From positions 1 through 61,476 of IMG/VR virus record IMGVR_UViG_3300031184_000001: DNA of 61,476 nt; one strand, written 5' to 3'. A program made the position numbers and the translations under genes. Each line of letters begins with the position of its first letter. Within the stretch, counting starts at the first letter, position 1. The notes beneath the pieces were generated by a model. That model was not told the DNA's origin, made no database searches, and saw only the letters and a list, made by a program, of their open reading frames with translations. Origin of the DNA: a virus. Taxonomy: Duplodnaviria > Caudoviricetes. This document shows, piece by piece, positions 27,729 through 38,375 of the stretch.

Positions 27729-29537
27729 GTGATTGATCCGGGCTACTGGGCGAACATGCGCCCCTTCACCACCGATCCTAGCGTCGGCGTGCCGCCGGCT
27801 TATGACACGCGCGGATCGCAGGGTGCCACGGGCGTGCCCGATCAAAGCGCGGCTGCCCAGCAGAACCCGTACGACTGGACGCAGGCGTTCGTCGAGCAAG
27901 AGCGCCAGCGCCGCGCCGAGTCTGACAAGCAGTACCAGATCCAGCTTCAACAGCTTGAGCAGTCACGCCAGCGCGACCTCGTGACCAAGGGCACGGCCGA
28001 GGCGAACGCCGCGTACAACCGTGGGATGCTCCAGCTTTCCCAGGCCAAACTCGCGGAGGACAAGCGGCAATTCGACACGACCACCCAGCAGGCGATGCAG
28101 CAGTTCACCCTCAAGCAGCAGGAGCTTGCTCGGCAGTTCGACACGACTACGGCTGAGGGAAAGAGGCAATTTGATCTCGCATCGGCGGAAAGCAAACGTC
28201 AATTTGATGCGACGTTCGGACAGCGCGCGACGCAGTTCACGCAAGATCTGGACTTCAAGAAGTCCCAACTGACCGAGGGCGCCAGGCAGTACGACCTCTC
28301 CAGAGGGGACCAGCTCGCCCAGTTCGCCGATTCGATGGGATTGGACAGGGCCAAGCTTGCGGAGACGGCCAGGCAGTACGACCTTACCCGCGTCGATCAG
28401 CGCGAGCAGTTCCTGGCCAACCTTGCCGAGCAGCACGACCAGTTCCAGACGACCGCGACCGGCTACACGCCCACGGGGCAGGCGACGCTGGAGCGCGAGA
28501 AGTTCGGCAACCAGGCGCTCTTGGATTGGACCACGAAGGCGATCGACCTGGCAAGTAACCCGGCCGACTGGATCAAGTACAAGCAGATGACCTCCGGGGT
28601 CGCTGGAAACCTGGCCAACATCCCCGGCCTCGCCTGGACGCAGGGTGGCCAGCAGGGTAACACGGCGTTCAACGGCACCCCCCAGGCGAACAGCCTCGGG
28701 AACGTGCTCGGGCAGATGGGCATCCAGCAGCCCGGCCAGGGCGAGGTGCGTCCAGGTGCATCGCCACCCCCCGGCGGACCGCAACCAGGAGCGCTCAGTC
28801 CGGCCGAGCAGTCTCGGTTCAACGAGATAACCTCGCGTCGGGCTGCACTCGCGGCAGCCCATGAGGGCGACGTGTCCCCCGAAGACCTGGCAGAGCTTCA
28901 GCGATACCAGGCTCGCGGCGCCGCACAGACGGTGATTCCGCTCTCCCCGCAGGAGCAGGCGCGTGCCCAGCAGATCATGGAGCGGCAGGCCCAGCAGCGT
29001 GCCGCAGGCGAGGCAGTGGACCCGAGCGACGCAGCCGAGCTCGCGCGGTACCAGGCACGGGGCAGCCAGCCGTCTGCGCCAGCCGGCGACGGGAGCGGCG
29101 GCTACTACCTGCGCAGCGGCGCCGGCGGGGCGCCGGCGGGTGGGGTTGCAGACGCACAGCCAACACCCTCGCGGCCCGGCTACGTGGACAGCGCCGCGCT
29201 CTCCCCGATGCAGAACCCGAGCGCGATGGCCCCGGCTGCCGCACCACAGACCCAGCAGCCTGTGACCAACTGGGCGCTGGCCGCTGCCAACATGATTCCG
29301 ACTGGCGACGCCTTGCGGAGCAGCCTGAGCGCGCCAGAGCAGCAGATCTACGACACGGCCAACGAGTTTGCCAAGAACCCGCAAGGCGCGGCGAGCGGCT
29401 GGTACGAGCAGCAAGACCCGATGACCAAGGAGTTGATGCGGGGAGCGGCACAGGCTCAAGGCCACGACTGGACGACCGTCATGTCTAGGTACAACCGGAG
29501 TCGCTGGGGCGGTGGCGGATCGGCGATGGCAGCATGA
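27729..29537 (+). CDS. Putative ejection/pilot protein with RQFD coiled-coil repeats
   Basis: Six (K/A)RQ(F/Y)D repeats, Q/A-rich; resembles podophage DNA-transfer proteins. Confidence 0.6.
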   Translation: MIDPGYWANMRPFTTDPSVGVPPAYDTRGSQGATGVPDQSAAAQQNPYDWTQAFVEQERQRRAESDKQYQIQLQQLEQSRQRDLVTKGTAEANAAYNRGMLQLSQAKLAEDKRQFDTTTQQAMQQFTLKQQELARQFDTTTAEGKRQFDLASAESKRQFDATFGQRATQFTQDLDFKKSQLTEGARQYDLSRGDQLAQFADSMGLDRAKLAETARQYDLTRVDQREQFLANLAEQHDQFQTTATGYTPTGQATLEREKFGNQALLDWTTKAIDLASNPADWIKYKQMTSGVAGNLANIPGLAWTQGGQQGNTAFNGTPQANSLGNVLGQMGIQQPGQGEVRPGASPPPGGPQPGALSPAEQSRFNEITSRRAALAAAHEGDVSPEDLAELQRYQARGAAQTVIPLSPQEQARAQQIMERQAQQRAAGEAVDPSDAAELARYQARGSQPSAPAGDGSGGYYLRSGAGGAPAGGVADAQPTPSRPGYVDSAALSPMQNPSAMAPAAAPQTQQPVTNWALAAANMIPTGDALRSSLSAPEQQIYDTANEFAKNPQGAASGWYEQQDPMTKELMRGAAQAQGHDWTTVMSRYNRSRWGGGGSAMAA

Positions 29538-30162
29538 TGACAATAACGGTTCGATCAGGTCCGATGGTCACGACTCCCACAAGCACGCTGATTGGCCCAC
29601 AGTGGACGAGCAGTATCCCCGGTGCGCAGATCTTGGACCCTGAGACGGGCCGATCCTGGCGTGTGCACGCCCGCTGGCCGAAGTGCCGATTCAACTCGCC
29701 GGAGGCTGCCGCCGCTCGGATCGCGCGGACGTCTGACCCGAAGGTGATGGCCGCGATCAAGGCGCAAGCCGTCGTCCCGTCCATCTGCAACTGCGAGTGG
29801 TGCGTGACGGCGCAGGGTGCGACCTGGGGCAGCGACGAGTATCAGGCGTGGATCAGGGCGCACCAGGAGGCGCGCGAGACGTGGCCGGCAGCGTACTGGG
29901 AGCGGCTGTACCCGTGTCTGGCATTCGTGGGCCCAGTGAAGGCCGAAGCGGAGGCGTTCTCAGCATGACGATTCTGATGTGGTGTTTAGTCGCTTCAGTG
30001 ATTGGCGTCGTGGTCATGTTTGGTAGCGTCTTCGGCCTCACCGTGCTCTTACTGCCAGTCGCTGACGCCGTGCAGTTCGCCACATGGTCCGCTATTGGTA
30101 TGGCAATCGCCTCGCCGTTTTGTTGCCTATTCGGGTGGTTAGGTGCTCAGGGGGCAGCATGA
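29534..30162 (+). other. Two small genes (29534-29968 CxCxxC protein; 29965-30162 2-TM protein)
   Basis: ATGA-coupled ORFs. Confidence 0.6.
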
Positions 30163-30944
30163 AGCACGCACTGGTAACAGGCGCATCCTCCGGCATCGGC
30201 AAGGCCGTCGCCGAGGCGTTGCTACAGGACAGCTGGTCAGTGCTCGGCACGTCTCGGCGGAAGCCCGCCATCGAGCACGAGCGGTTCTCCTGGATCGGGA
30301 CGGACCTCGTCTCGAAGTACCAGGCCGGGCGAATCGGCAACGCGTACAAGTTCGGCCACCCGCTCGACGCGTTGGTGCACTGCGCCGCGACGTACGGCCC
30401 GGAAGGCTGGGTCGGCGATGTGGACGCCGAGGACTGGGTCCGCACCATCACGGTCAACCTGGAGGCGACGTTCCACGTCGTACAGTCGGTGCTACCGTAT
30501 CTCCTGAAGTCCGAAGACGGCCGTATCCTGCTGTTCTCCGGTGGTGGGGCATTCGGTCCGTACGCTGGCCGCTCGGCCTACGCAGCCTCGAAGGCCGGCG
30601 TGGTGAGCCTGATGGAGACGATGGCCGAGGAACAGGCGCGTGTCAGTGTCAACTGCGTGGCGCCTGGGTACGTGCCGACGCCGATGACTGGCCACTTGGA
30701 TGCTCCGAGCCCCGAGAAGGATCGCGCGGTAGCGTGCGTGCTGCGCCTGCTGAGCTCCGAGACGAAGGGCCTGACGGGCAAGACGATCAGCGCCGAGCAC
30801 GACGACTGGTCAAGAATCAACCAGGAGAACGTCGAGAGCCTGAACGACAGCCTGCTGGGCCAGCGGCATCGGTACAAGCTCATCATCCCGGCGCCCCCGC
30901 TGGTTCCACCAGAGTGGCAGGCGCGTACGGGGATGCTGGTGTGA
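30159..30944 (+). CDS. Short-chain dehydrogenase/reductase (SDR)
   Basis: TGASSGIG NAD(P) motif, catalytic S and YAASK, NCVAPG. Confidence 0.92.
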   Translation: MKHALVTGASSGIGKAVAEALLQDSWSVLGTSRRKPAIEHERFSWIGTDLVSKYQAGRIGNAYKFGHPLDALVHCAATYGPEGWVGDVDAEDWVRTITVNLEATFHVVQSVLPYLLKSEDGRILLFSGGGAFGPYAGRSAYAASKAGVVSLMETMAEEQARVSVNCVAPGYVPTPMTGHLDAPSPEKDRAVACVLRLLSSETKGLTGKTISAEHDDWSRINQENVESLNDSLLGQRHRYKLIIPAPPLVPPEWQARTGMLV

Positions 30945-31130
30945 AGGAGCCCGAGCGCAATGTGGCCTGGGATGAGGACTTCTGGGTTGACGATCGCATG
31001 AGCGGCTCGGCGCATGGCGTGAATGAGCGTGAGCCCGACGCCGCGCCGTTCATCCTGGTGCCCGATGGCGCCGGCGACTATCGCGAACATCAGGTGCTGC
31101 CGCGACCGAAGGGACGCCTGGGGTTCTGAC

Positions 31131-34100
31131 ATGCCGCTCTATCTGCCGCGCCGCACGCTCAACCAGAACGATGCCGCTGCCGCCGGGGCGCGCACGGTGT
31201 CGCTGGTCGACGACGTGACGCAGCGGTACGCGCAGGCCATCAACCCGACGCCAGATCCCCAGCCTGAGCCCGAACAGCCGTCCTGGCAGCTTCCGAGCCT
31301 CGAAAGTCTGGGCGTCACGGGTGCACCGTCGTCCGTCATGTCGGCGCTCGGCAGCGTTCCTCAGCGCGCCCGTCAGGCCGTGGCCGACACCGCGCCATCG
31401 TGGGCGCTCCCGAGCCTGGAGAGCCTGGGGGTTAGTGCTCCGAAGCAGCCCGTTGGCCCAACACCAACACCCGTTGGTGAAAACGCCAACGCCAACGCCA
31501 ACGGATTGCCAACGCCCTCGGCTGCGCTAACCCCTTCCTCTTATGCCCCGTCAAGCGGCACAGGCAGCCCCGATGTCGAGCGCTGGTCGTCCATCGTCGC
31601 TGAGGCGGCGCGCGCCGAGAACGTCCCCGAGTGGGCGATCAAGGGGCTGATGGAGATCGAGTCGGGCGGCGATCCCGAGGCCGTGTCGTCGGCCGGTGCG
31701 CAGTCGCTGATGCAGGTGATGCCGTTCCACTTCAAGCCCGGCGAGAACCCGAAAGACCCGCGTACCAACATCTTCCGGGGGGCCAAGGTCTACGGCGACG
31801 CCCTGCGGCGGTACGGCGACCCCGATAAGGCAGCAGCAGCGTACTTTGGGGCGATCGACGGCCAGGGCAATGTCACCAGCGCCACTGACGGCTCATCGGT
31901 GGACGGTCACGAGTACGTCCGACTCTTCCGTCAGGCCGCCTCGAAGTACGGCGGCGCATCTCCGAACGCCGGCGCTGGGGCCGCGAACCCTGCGCCGGCT
32001 GCCCCACCTGCGCCCCCGGCTGCTGGTACTCCCCCGGCAGCCGGGGGCTCCTCTGGCCTGTACACCGTCCGTGACCAGTGGGGTAACACGTTCACGATGA
32101 CCCCGGAGGCGTTCAGGAAGCGGCCGGGCGGCGCGGCTGATCTGACCGTGCTCTCGACGCCGCAGGAGAGCGCCCAGGGCGACTCGCTACGCATGGCGCT
32201 CGGTGACGCCCATCCGATGCCGGAGGATGCCAGCGACTCCGAGCGCTACGTCCAGCGGCTCTCTGACCCAAACGAGCCTGTTCCCCCGCCACTGCGCAAC
32301 GATGTGCCCTATGACCCGGCCAACGGGGAGACCGGGCCACCCCCGGGCTCGTCCGCGTGGTACATGGGGGATATGCAGCGCCAGCCGCTCGCCGCGACGA
32401 TGGGGCCGGACACGGCGACCGGCGCGGAGTACGATCCGAGGGACGCTGATAGCGGACGGTGGGAAGCCGTACCGTCTGATGTACCGCCGGCCGGTACGCC
32501 GGTGACCCCTCAGGCGTACCCCCAGAGGTCCGTAAGTGTACCGCCGGATGTACCGTCCACCTACGGCGACGCCCGCGACGAGCCCCAGGTTCCATACACG
32601 CCACCGAGTACGTCAAATGACGTACGCCCGACATACGGGCCTCCGCTCGAGCAGGCCGGGCCGGAGCAGCCAGCACAACCCAAGAGCCCGTTCAAGCCGC
32701 TCTACGACGCTGGCGGCGCCATTGTCGGGTATGTCCAGGGCGCCGTGCAGGATATCGGCAACACCGTCGCCACCGAGGGTATCGCAACCCCGATCGGCCG
32801 GGGCATCGCCAACGCCGTGACGCGCCCACTACTCGGCAAGCCGCCACTGCCGGACTCGGGCCAGCCTGAGACCACCATCGACCGCGCTATTGTGGAGACC
32901 GGGCGCTCGCTCGGCCGGAACATTGGCGCCGCACAGTCAGGAGTTGCCGAGGGCAACTACGGCGAGGCGGCGATGGGTGCGCTCGGGGTCGTCGGCGACC
33001 TGGCGCCGTCCACCACGCTAGCCCGGCAGTTGAACGAGATGGTGCCGAAAGGCAACTTCCCCATTGTGGGCGAGGTCGGGTTGGGCGACGCCATCATGAC
33101 AGCCGCGCTCGTTCGCGACGCCGCGCGGCTGGGCTATGGCGCGATCAAGGTTGGCGGACGACTGGGCGGGCCTATTCTTCAGGCGATCAAGGATGGTGTG
33201 CCGGCCGAGCGCTTCGGGCAGTGGATGGCCCGCAACGCCGAGAACGTGGCTGCTGCTGACGCCAGGATGGCTGCTGAAGGCTCGACGGTGGCTCCTGGGG
33301 TACTCGGGCAGATCCCGGAGGAGTTCGGACGCCCGTACCCGCCCATCAAGGGACGGATAGGCGATTTCGAGCAGGGCGCCCTCGGTGAGGCGTCTGCTGA
33401 GATGATCCGCGACTCCAGGATGCCGCGCGAGGCTGTGCATCCCGATCTGCGAGCGGCCGGCATCGGCCCTGAGATCACGCCACAGGTGGACACCAGTAGC
33501 CGACTCAATGCCGGGTTCGGGGTGGTGCCGGATGAGGCGCCGAGAACACCGCGTGATATCTGGGAAAGCCGGCTCACTGAGGATCTGGGCGTGCGCCCGC
33601 GCGAGGAGCCGATCACTGAGCCATATACGGACTCCACAGGTCGGCAGGTAACGAGAGCGCGGGCGGCTGAGTGGCGCGTGACGGAAGGCCCGAATGGCCC
33701 CGAGATGGCGCAGTACCGTCCGAATTTCTTCGGGAACGCTGAGGAGATCCCGGGCACTCGCCAACCGCTCGATGCTGTCTATCGAGTGATTTCTCGCGAG
33801 GACTACGAGGGCTCACTCCGTCGCGGCTTCCTTCAGTCGGACGGACGCCTGAACCTCGACGCCCGTGAGGGCACTGTCGCGAGTACATTTGAGCCGTCGC
33901 CGTTCTACAATCCGAAGAACGGCGAGGCTGTGGCTGTCCGAATCCGCGTGGACCCGCAAGACGGTTGGCGCCTTGACCACGACGGGTACATCAAGACCCC
34001 GAAGCCGATTCCAGTGGATCGCATCGAGAGGACACTAGCCTACACAACCAACGAGATGGGGAATGCTGTTCGCTACGCGCCGGGTTCTCAAACCGCGTCG

Positions 34101-36218
34101 GTGACAGCCGGCACCCTCCCCCCATCCGCCGCTCCCGACCGCCTGTCTGCCGTGAACCGCGTGCTCGGGCAGGGGGTGGCGTCGTCCGTCTCGGGCGGGG
34201 TCGGCGCGGCCGTCAACCAGGAGATGAACCCAGACGACCCGTACGCGGGCGTCAAGGGCTTTGCGGTGGGGGCCGTCGCGCCGTACGCCATCACGAAGGG
34301 CATGCGGGCGATTGCAGCGAGACAGGGGGGCACGGCCGGCGCGGATAGTGGCCTGCTGGCGATGTTTGGGCAGGCGCCGGGTGCCGGTGGCTTCAACCCG
34401 AACGCCGTGCAGCGCGCCGTCCAGCGAGCGCAGCGGCAGGCGTCGCCCGGACTTTCTCCGCTCCAATGGGTGCGCAAGCTCTTTGCCGAATCCGGGTACT
34501 CGTCGATGATTGGCCCGGCGACGTTTACCGTGAACCTGACGGGCAACGTGGCGGAACCGCTCTACGCCATCCCGAAGGAGACCACACGCGGCGTTGCCAG
34601 GGCGATCAGCACCGGGAACGCCTCGGCGCTGCGGGAGCCGGGCGAGATGGCTGCTGGTGCATTCCACGGGCTCTCTCAGGTCGGCTCGGCGATGGTGGAT
34701 GCGCTGACCGCGAGTGGCAAGTACGCGCCGACGCCGGGGCATGAGCCGCTCTCGGCCCAGACGCAGAATCCGATCGGCAAGGCCATCACAACAGGACTGG
34801 AGGCCGGCGGGCGCGTCTTCTCGGCGCTGCCTGACGCCGTCTTCGGGACCATCGCCCAGGGAGCCGGCGAGGCCAGGGCAGCCGCGCAGCAGGCGACGGA
34901 CGCCGGGCTGAAGGGCACGGCCTGGAAGCAACACGTCAACGACTTGCTGACCGACGCTGCGAACGTTCGTGCGGGTCAGTTGCCGACGCTCTCGGGCACG
35001 CAAACGGTCATTGATGAGGGCGCGGCCTACGCCAAGCGCCAGACGTTTCAGGACGATCTCGGCACCATCGGCAAGAAGGCGCGGAATTTCGCGACGGTCG
35101 GGAACATGCCCGTGGTCGGGAACCTCGTGACGCCGTTCTTCAACACCCCCTGGAACATGAACACCCGATTGGCCGAGCGCTCGCCGATCGGCTTCGCGAT
35201 GAATAGCCAGGGCTCGAAGTTCGACAAGATGTACGATGCCACGCTGGGGTCGGCACTCATGATCGGGTTGGCGGCCGGGCCGGTCGCAAGCGGCGTCATC
35301 ACGGGAGGTGGCCCCGACGACCCGCAGAAGAAAGCGGAGATGCGCTCGCAGGGCTGGCGTCCGTACTCGACGCTGATCGATGGGGTGTACGTCCCGAACC
35401 GCGTGATGGGCATCTACGCGCCACTGCTGAACGCGGCGGCTGACGTTCACGACTCGATCGCCTACAGCAAGGACAAGAGCCCGACCAGCATTGCCAGTAA
35501 CTACGCCGGGCGCCTCGGCCAGCAGCTCCAGCAGCAGCCGTACCTCCAGGGCATCTCCAGCATCATGCAGACAATCCAGGCCGGGTATGGCGGCGGCCTG
35601 GGATCGGCCGCTGAGCGGTACGCATCCTCAACGATCACCCGCATGGTTCCGTACGCCGCGACTGCTCGGACCATCGGCACGGCCCTGGACCCGAACGAGC
35701 GGACGGTCGACTCGGGGAAGAACACGCCAGCCTCGACGACTATCAGCCAGCAGGTCCAGAGCGGCATCGGGGCACGCGGCGGGCTGCCGATCGCGCAGGA
35801 CGTGCTCGGGCGGCCCCAGGAGAACCAACAACAGGGCGTCAAGGCCGTGTTCGCGCGGACGTCGGCAGAGAAGCCCGACCCGACCGTCAAGGCGTTCCTT
35901 GACGCTGGCGTGGACATCGGGTTTCCGAAGACGAAGCTGACCGTCGACACCATCCCGATGGATCTGACACCAGACGAGACGCGACGCTGGAATACCTATC
36001 GCGGCGAGATCCTCCAGCGCTTCAGCGGTAACCTGACCAGCCGCACCTTCTGGTCGAATCCCGAAGCTCGGAAGGTGGCAATGGAGGATCTGCTGCGCCA
36101 GGCCAACGATGCGGCCGACCAGCGGCTCATGCAGTCGATCGGCGCGGGGGATATCCGCCGCCGTGTCCTTGAAGCACGCCAGCAGCAGCGTGAGACGCTG
36201 AGATCGGGGGCACCGTGA
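31131..36218 (+). CDS. Giant internal virion protein with an SLT lytic transglycosylase and an ART-fold-like insert
   Basis: LMEIESGGDPEAVSSAGAQSLMQVMP SLT motif; 1695 aa; C-terminal PFFNTPWN/GWRPYS helical region typical of podophage ejection proteins. Confidence 0.8.
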   Translation: MPLYLPRRTLNQNDAAAAGARTVSLVDDVTQRYAQAINPTPDPQPEPEQPSWQLPSLESLGVTGAPSSVMSALGSVPQRARQAVADTAPSWALPSLESLGVSAPKQPVGPTPTPVGENANANANGLPTPSAALTPSSYAPSSGTGSPDVERWSSIVAEAARAENVPEWAIKGLMEIESGGDPEAVSSAGAQSLMQVMPFHFKPGENPKDPRTNIFRGAKVYGDALRRYGDPDKAAAAYFGAIDGQGNVTSATDGSSVDGHEYVRLFRQAASKYGGASPNAGAGAANPAPAAPPAPPAAGTPPAAGGSSGLYTVRDQWGNTFTMTPEAFRKRPGGAADLTVLSTPQESAQGDSLRMALGDAHPMPEDASDSERYVQRLSDPNEPVPPPLRNDVPYDPANGETGPPPGSSAWYMGDMQRQPLAATMGPDTATGAEYDPRDADSGRWEAVPSDVPPAGTPVTPQAYPQRSVSVPPDVPSTYGDARDEPQVPYTPPSTSNDVRPTYGPPLEQAGPEQPAQPKSPFKPLYDAGGAIVGYVQGAVQDIGNTVATEGIATPIGRGIANAVTRPLLGKPPLPDSGQPETTIDRAIVETGRSLGRNIGAAQSGVAEGNYGEAAMGALGVVGDLAPSTTLARQLNEMVPKGNFPIVGEVGLGDAIMTAALVRDAARLGYGAIKVGGRLGGPILQAIKDGVPAERFGQWMARNAENVAAADARMAAEGSTVAPGVLGQIPEEFGRPYPPIKGRIGDFEQGALGEASAEMIRDSRMPREAVHPDLRAAGIGPEITPQVDTSSRLNAGFGVVPDEAPRTPRDIWESRLTEDLGVRPREEPITEPYTDSTGRQVTRARAAEWRVTEGPNGPEMAQYRPNFFGNAEEIPGTRQPLDAVYRVISREDYEGSLRRGFLQSDGRLNLDAREGTVASTFEPSPFYNPKNGEAVAVRIRVDPQDGWRLDHDGYIKTPKPIPVDRIERTLAYTTNEMGNAVRYAPGSQTASVTAGTLPPSAAPDRLSAVNRVLGQGVASSVSGGVGAAVNQEMNPDDPYAGVKGFAVGAVAPYAITKGMRAIAARQGGTAGADSGLLAMFGQAPGAGGFNPNAVQRAVQRAQRQASPGLSPLQWVRKLFAESGYSSMIGPATFTVNLTGNVAEPLYAIPKETTRGVARAISTGNASALREPGEMAAGAFHGLSQVGSAMVDALTASGKYAPTPGHEPLSAQTQNPIGKAITTGLEAGGRVFSALPDAVFGTIAQGAGEARAAAQQATDAGLKGTAWKQHVNDLLTDAANVRAGQLPTLSGTQTVIDEGAAYAKRQTFQDDLGTIGKKARNFATVGNMPVVGNLVTPFFNTPWNMNTRLAERSPIGFAMNSQGSKFDKMYDATLGSALMIGLAAGPVASGVITGGGPDDPQKKAEMRSQGWRPYSTLIDGVYVPNRVMGIYAPLLNAAADVHDSIAYSKDKSPTSIASNYAGRLGQQLQQQPYLQGISSIMQTIQAGYGGGLGSAAERYASSTITRMVPYAATARTIGTALDPNERTVDSGKNTPASTTISQQVQSGIGARGGLPIAQDVLGRPQENQQQGVKAVFARTSAEKPDPTVKAFLDAGVDIGFPKTKLTVDTIPMDLTPDETRRWNTYRGEILQRFSGNLTSRTFWSNPEARKVAMEDLLRQANDAADQRLMQSIGAGDIRRRVLEARQQQRETLRSGAP

Positions 36219-38200
36219 ACCAGCAGGATGTCGAGAAGTGGATCGCCCAGCAGGGTGGGGACAAGCGGGTCCAGTACAGCCGGTCCACGCAGAAGGTCGC
36301 GAACCCAGCAAAGCAACTCACGCGAGCGGATGGCACGGACAACCCCGACTACGACCCGACCGCACCGGCCACCATCGAGATCAGCGAAGAGAAGTGGACG
36401 GCCGTTGACGGTGAGGGGAAGCCGACTGGCGCAGTGCTCAATGTGCGCCGGCGCCCTGACGGTGATTTCGACATCGTGAACCAGGGTGATGCCAACCCTG
36501 GCAGGCCAGCCGACGACACTCCCGAGAAGAAGAACGCCGCTGAGCTTCAGCGCCAGCGCGAGAAGAACGCCGCGCTACCGGCCAATCAAGACCCGGCCTA
36601 CGAGACCGACGCCGAACGCCGAACGCGGGCAGACGCGCGGATCAAGCAGCAGGGCTCCGATGCGGAGGCCGCCAGGCAGCGGTCGCGCCAGGATGAAGCC
36701 GACACACGGGCTCGTGAGGATCAGGCCCGCCAGAATGCCCCGAAGCCCCAGCAGGCTCCTGACGGCTCGTGGGGGTACTTCGACACGACGAAGAACCCGC
36801 CGGTCTGGGCGCCGATTGCCAACGCGCCAGGAGCCGCCGCTCCGAAGCCCGTCCAGGTCAACGGTCAGTGGGGCGTGTGGCAGCCGAACGCGGCCGACCC
36901 GAAGCAGCCACCCTCATTCGTCACGATCGAAGTGCCGAAGCCCGGCGTCACGCTCAAGAACGTGGACCCGTTCGAGATCAACTTTGACGATCCAGGGTTG
37001 GATGTCGGTGTTGGCGCGTGGGCCGCTCGTCAGCGTCAGAAGATCGGGCTCCCTGCCGAGCAGGGCGGCATCACGCAGGACGACTACGACAACGCTGTCA
37101 AGGAAGCGCATGGGCGGGCTGGCACGGCCATCACGAACGTGGCGAACGCCAACACGGTCATTCGTCAGCGCCAGCAGGACGAGGCGGGGCTCCGCAACAC
37201 CAGAAGCGAGGAGGCGGCATCAGACTTCACGTCGGCGCTCGGGGCGTTCTCGACGCTAACCAGCAAGGGCGGGTTCGACCCCGACTCGGGCAGCCTGAAG
37301 AACGTCATCCCTGGCTTGCTCTGGGAGATGAACAAGAACCGCGAGGAGCGAACGGCGAAGACCCCGCAACTCCCGGGCCTGCATCCCATGTTCCAGATCG
37401 CGAGCGCCCAGAGTGCAGCCACGGCCCAGCCACCGGCAGCCAAGGAGCAGGCTGCGGCTACCGGGCCGACCCCCGAGCCGTACCAGCCGCCGGGCGCGCC
37501 AGCGCCAGCACCCGCGCTCGGATTGGGCGCCGTGCCCGGCAGCATCGCGCCGAATGCAGCACCCCCGCCAGCACCGGCCGTGCCGGTTGCTGCTGCGCCC
37601 GCCCCCGCGATGGCGACACCTCCGGCCGGGCCGCCACCTAGTAATGCGCAGGCAGCAGCGAACGCGGGACCGGCCGGACAGGACGGCAGCGTCTGGCAGC
37701 CACCAGTGGCGCCAGGGACGGCACCGATGTGGCAACCCGCTGCGCCGCTGCCGCCGGCACCCAGTGGGGGTATTCTGCCGGGAGCTAACCCCATCCCGAG
37801 CGACTTGCCGACCGATGGCATGCTCCCGATCCAGGTGCCTACTGACCCAACCGTTACCGATCCGAACTACCAGCAGTCACAGTATCAGCCCTACAAGTAC
37901 AACATCATCCCGGGCCAGAACCCGTACCCGCAGCAGGATCAGGGCGACATGCAAAAGGCCCCGCTCGGGCAGGGGCCACTGTCGTCGTTCGCGTCATCGG
38001 CGGTCGGCGGTGACCAGCCGTCGAGCCCACAACCCGGCCAGGGCGGCCCGATGGACTCATTGCTGGCCGGCGCTGCCGGCGGGGGCTTCGATCCTGTCGA
38101 GGCAGCAGCGCGGCTGGTCAGCATGGGGGCGCCGCGTGATGTGATCGCGCAGGCGCTCGCGGGCTCTGGGCTGCTTCAGCGCGGACGGAGGGTTGCTTGA
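36215..38200 (+). CDS. Putative internal virion protein with a Pro/Ala-rich C-terminal half
   Basis: GTGA-coupled to the SLT protein; coiled coil plus low-complexity tail. Confidence 0.6.
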   Translation: MNQQDVEKWIAQQGGDKRVQYSRSTQKVANPAKQLTRADGTDNPDYDPTAPATIEISEEKWTAVDGEGKPTGAVLNVRRRPDGDFDIVNQGDANPGRPADDTPEKKNAAELQRQREKNAALPANQDPAYETDAERRTRADARIKQQGSDAEAARQRSRQDEADTRAREDQARQNAPKPQQAPDGSWGYFDTTKNPPVWAPIANAPGAAAPKPVQVNGQWGVWQPNAADPKQPPSFVTIEVPKPGVTLKNVDPFEINFDDPGLDVGVGAWAARQRQKIGLPAEQGGITQDDYDNAVKEAHGRAGTAITNVANANTVIRQRQQDEAGLRNTRSEEAASDFTSALGAFSTLTSKGGFDPDSGSLKNVIPGLLWEMNKNREERTAKTPQLPGLHPMFQIASAQSAATAQPPAAKEQAAATGPTPEPYQPPGAPAPAPALGLGAVPGSIAPNAAPPPAPAVPVAAAPAPAMATPPAGPPPSNAQAAANAGPAGQDGSVWQPPVAPGTAPMWQPAAPLPPAPSGGILPGANPIPSDLPTDGMLPIQVPTDPTVTDPNYQQSQYQPYKYNIIPGQNPYPQQDQGDMQKAPLGQGPLSSFASSAVGGDQPSSPQPGQGGPMDSLLAGAAGGGFDPVEAAARLVSMGAPRDVIAQALAGSGLLQRGRRVA

Positions 38201-38375
38201 GAGAGCTCTACCGCAAGATGCTCTGGAAGGGCTACGTGGATTCGATCTACCGAGAAGGATTCTGGCGGGGCTTTGGTATGACGGAGCAACTTGAGCGGGA
38301 GAGAAAGAGCCAGGAGCAGTATCTCACCAGTATGCGGAAGATGGATCACGAGGATCTACTGGAGCAGTGGGCGTG

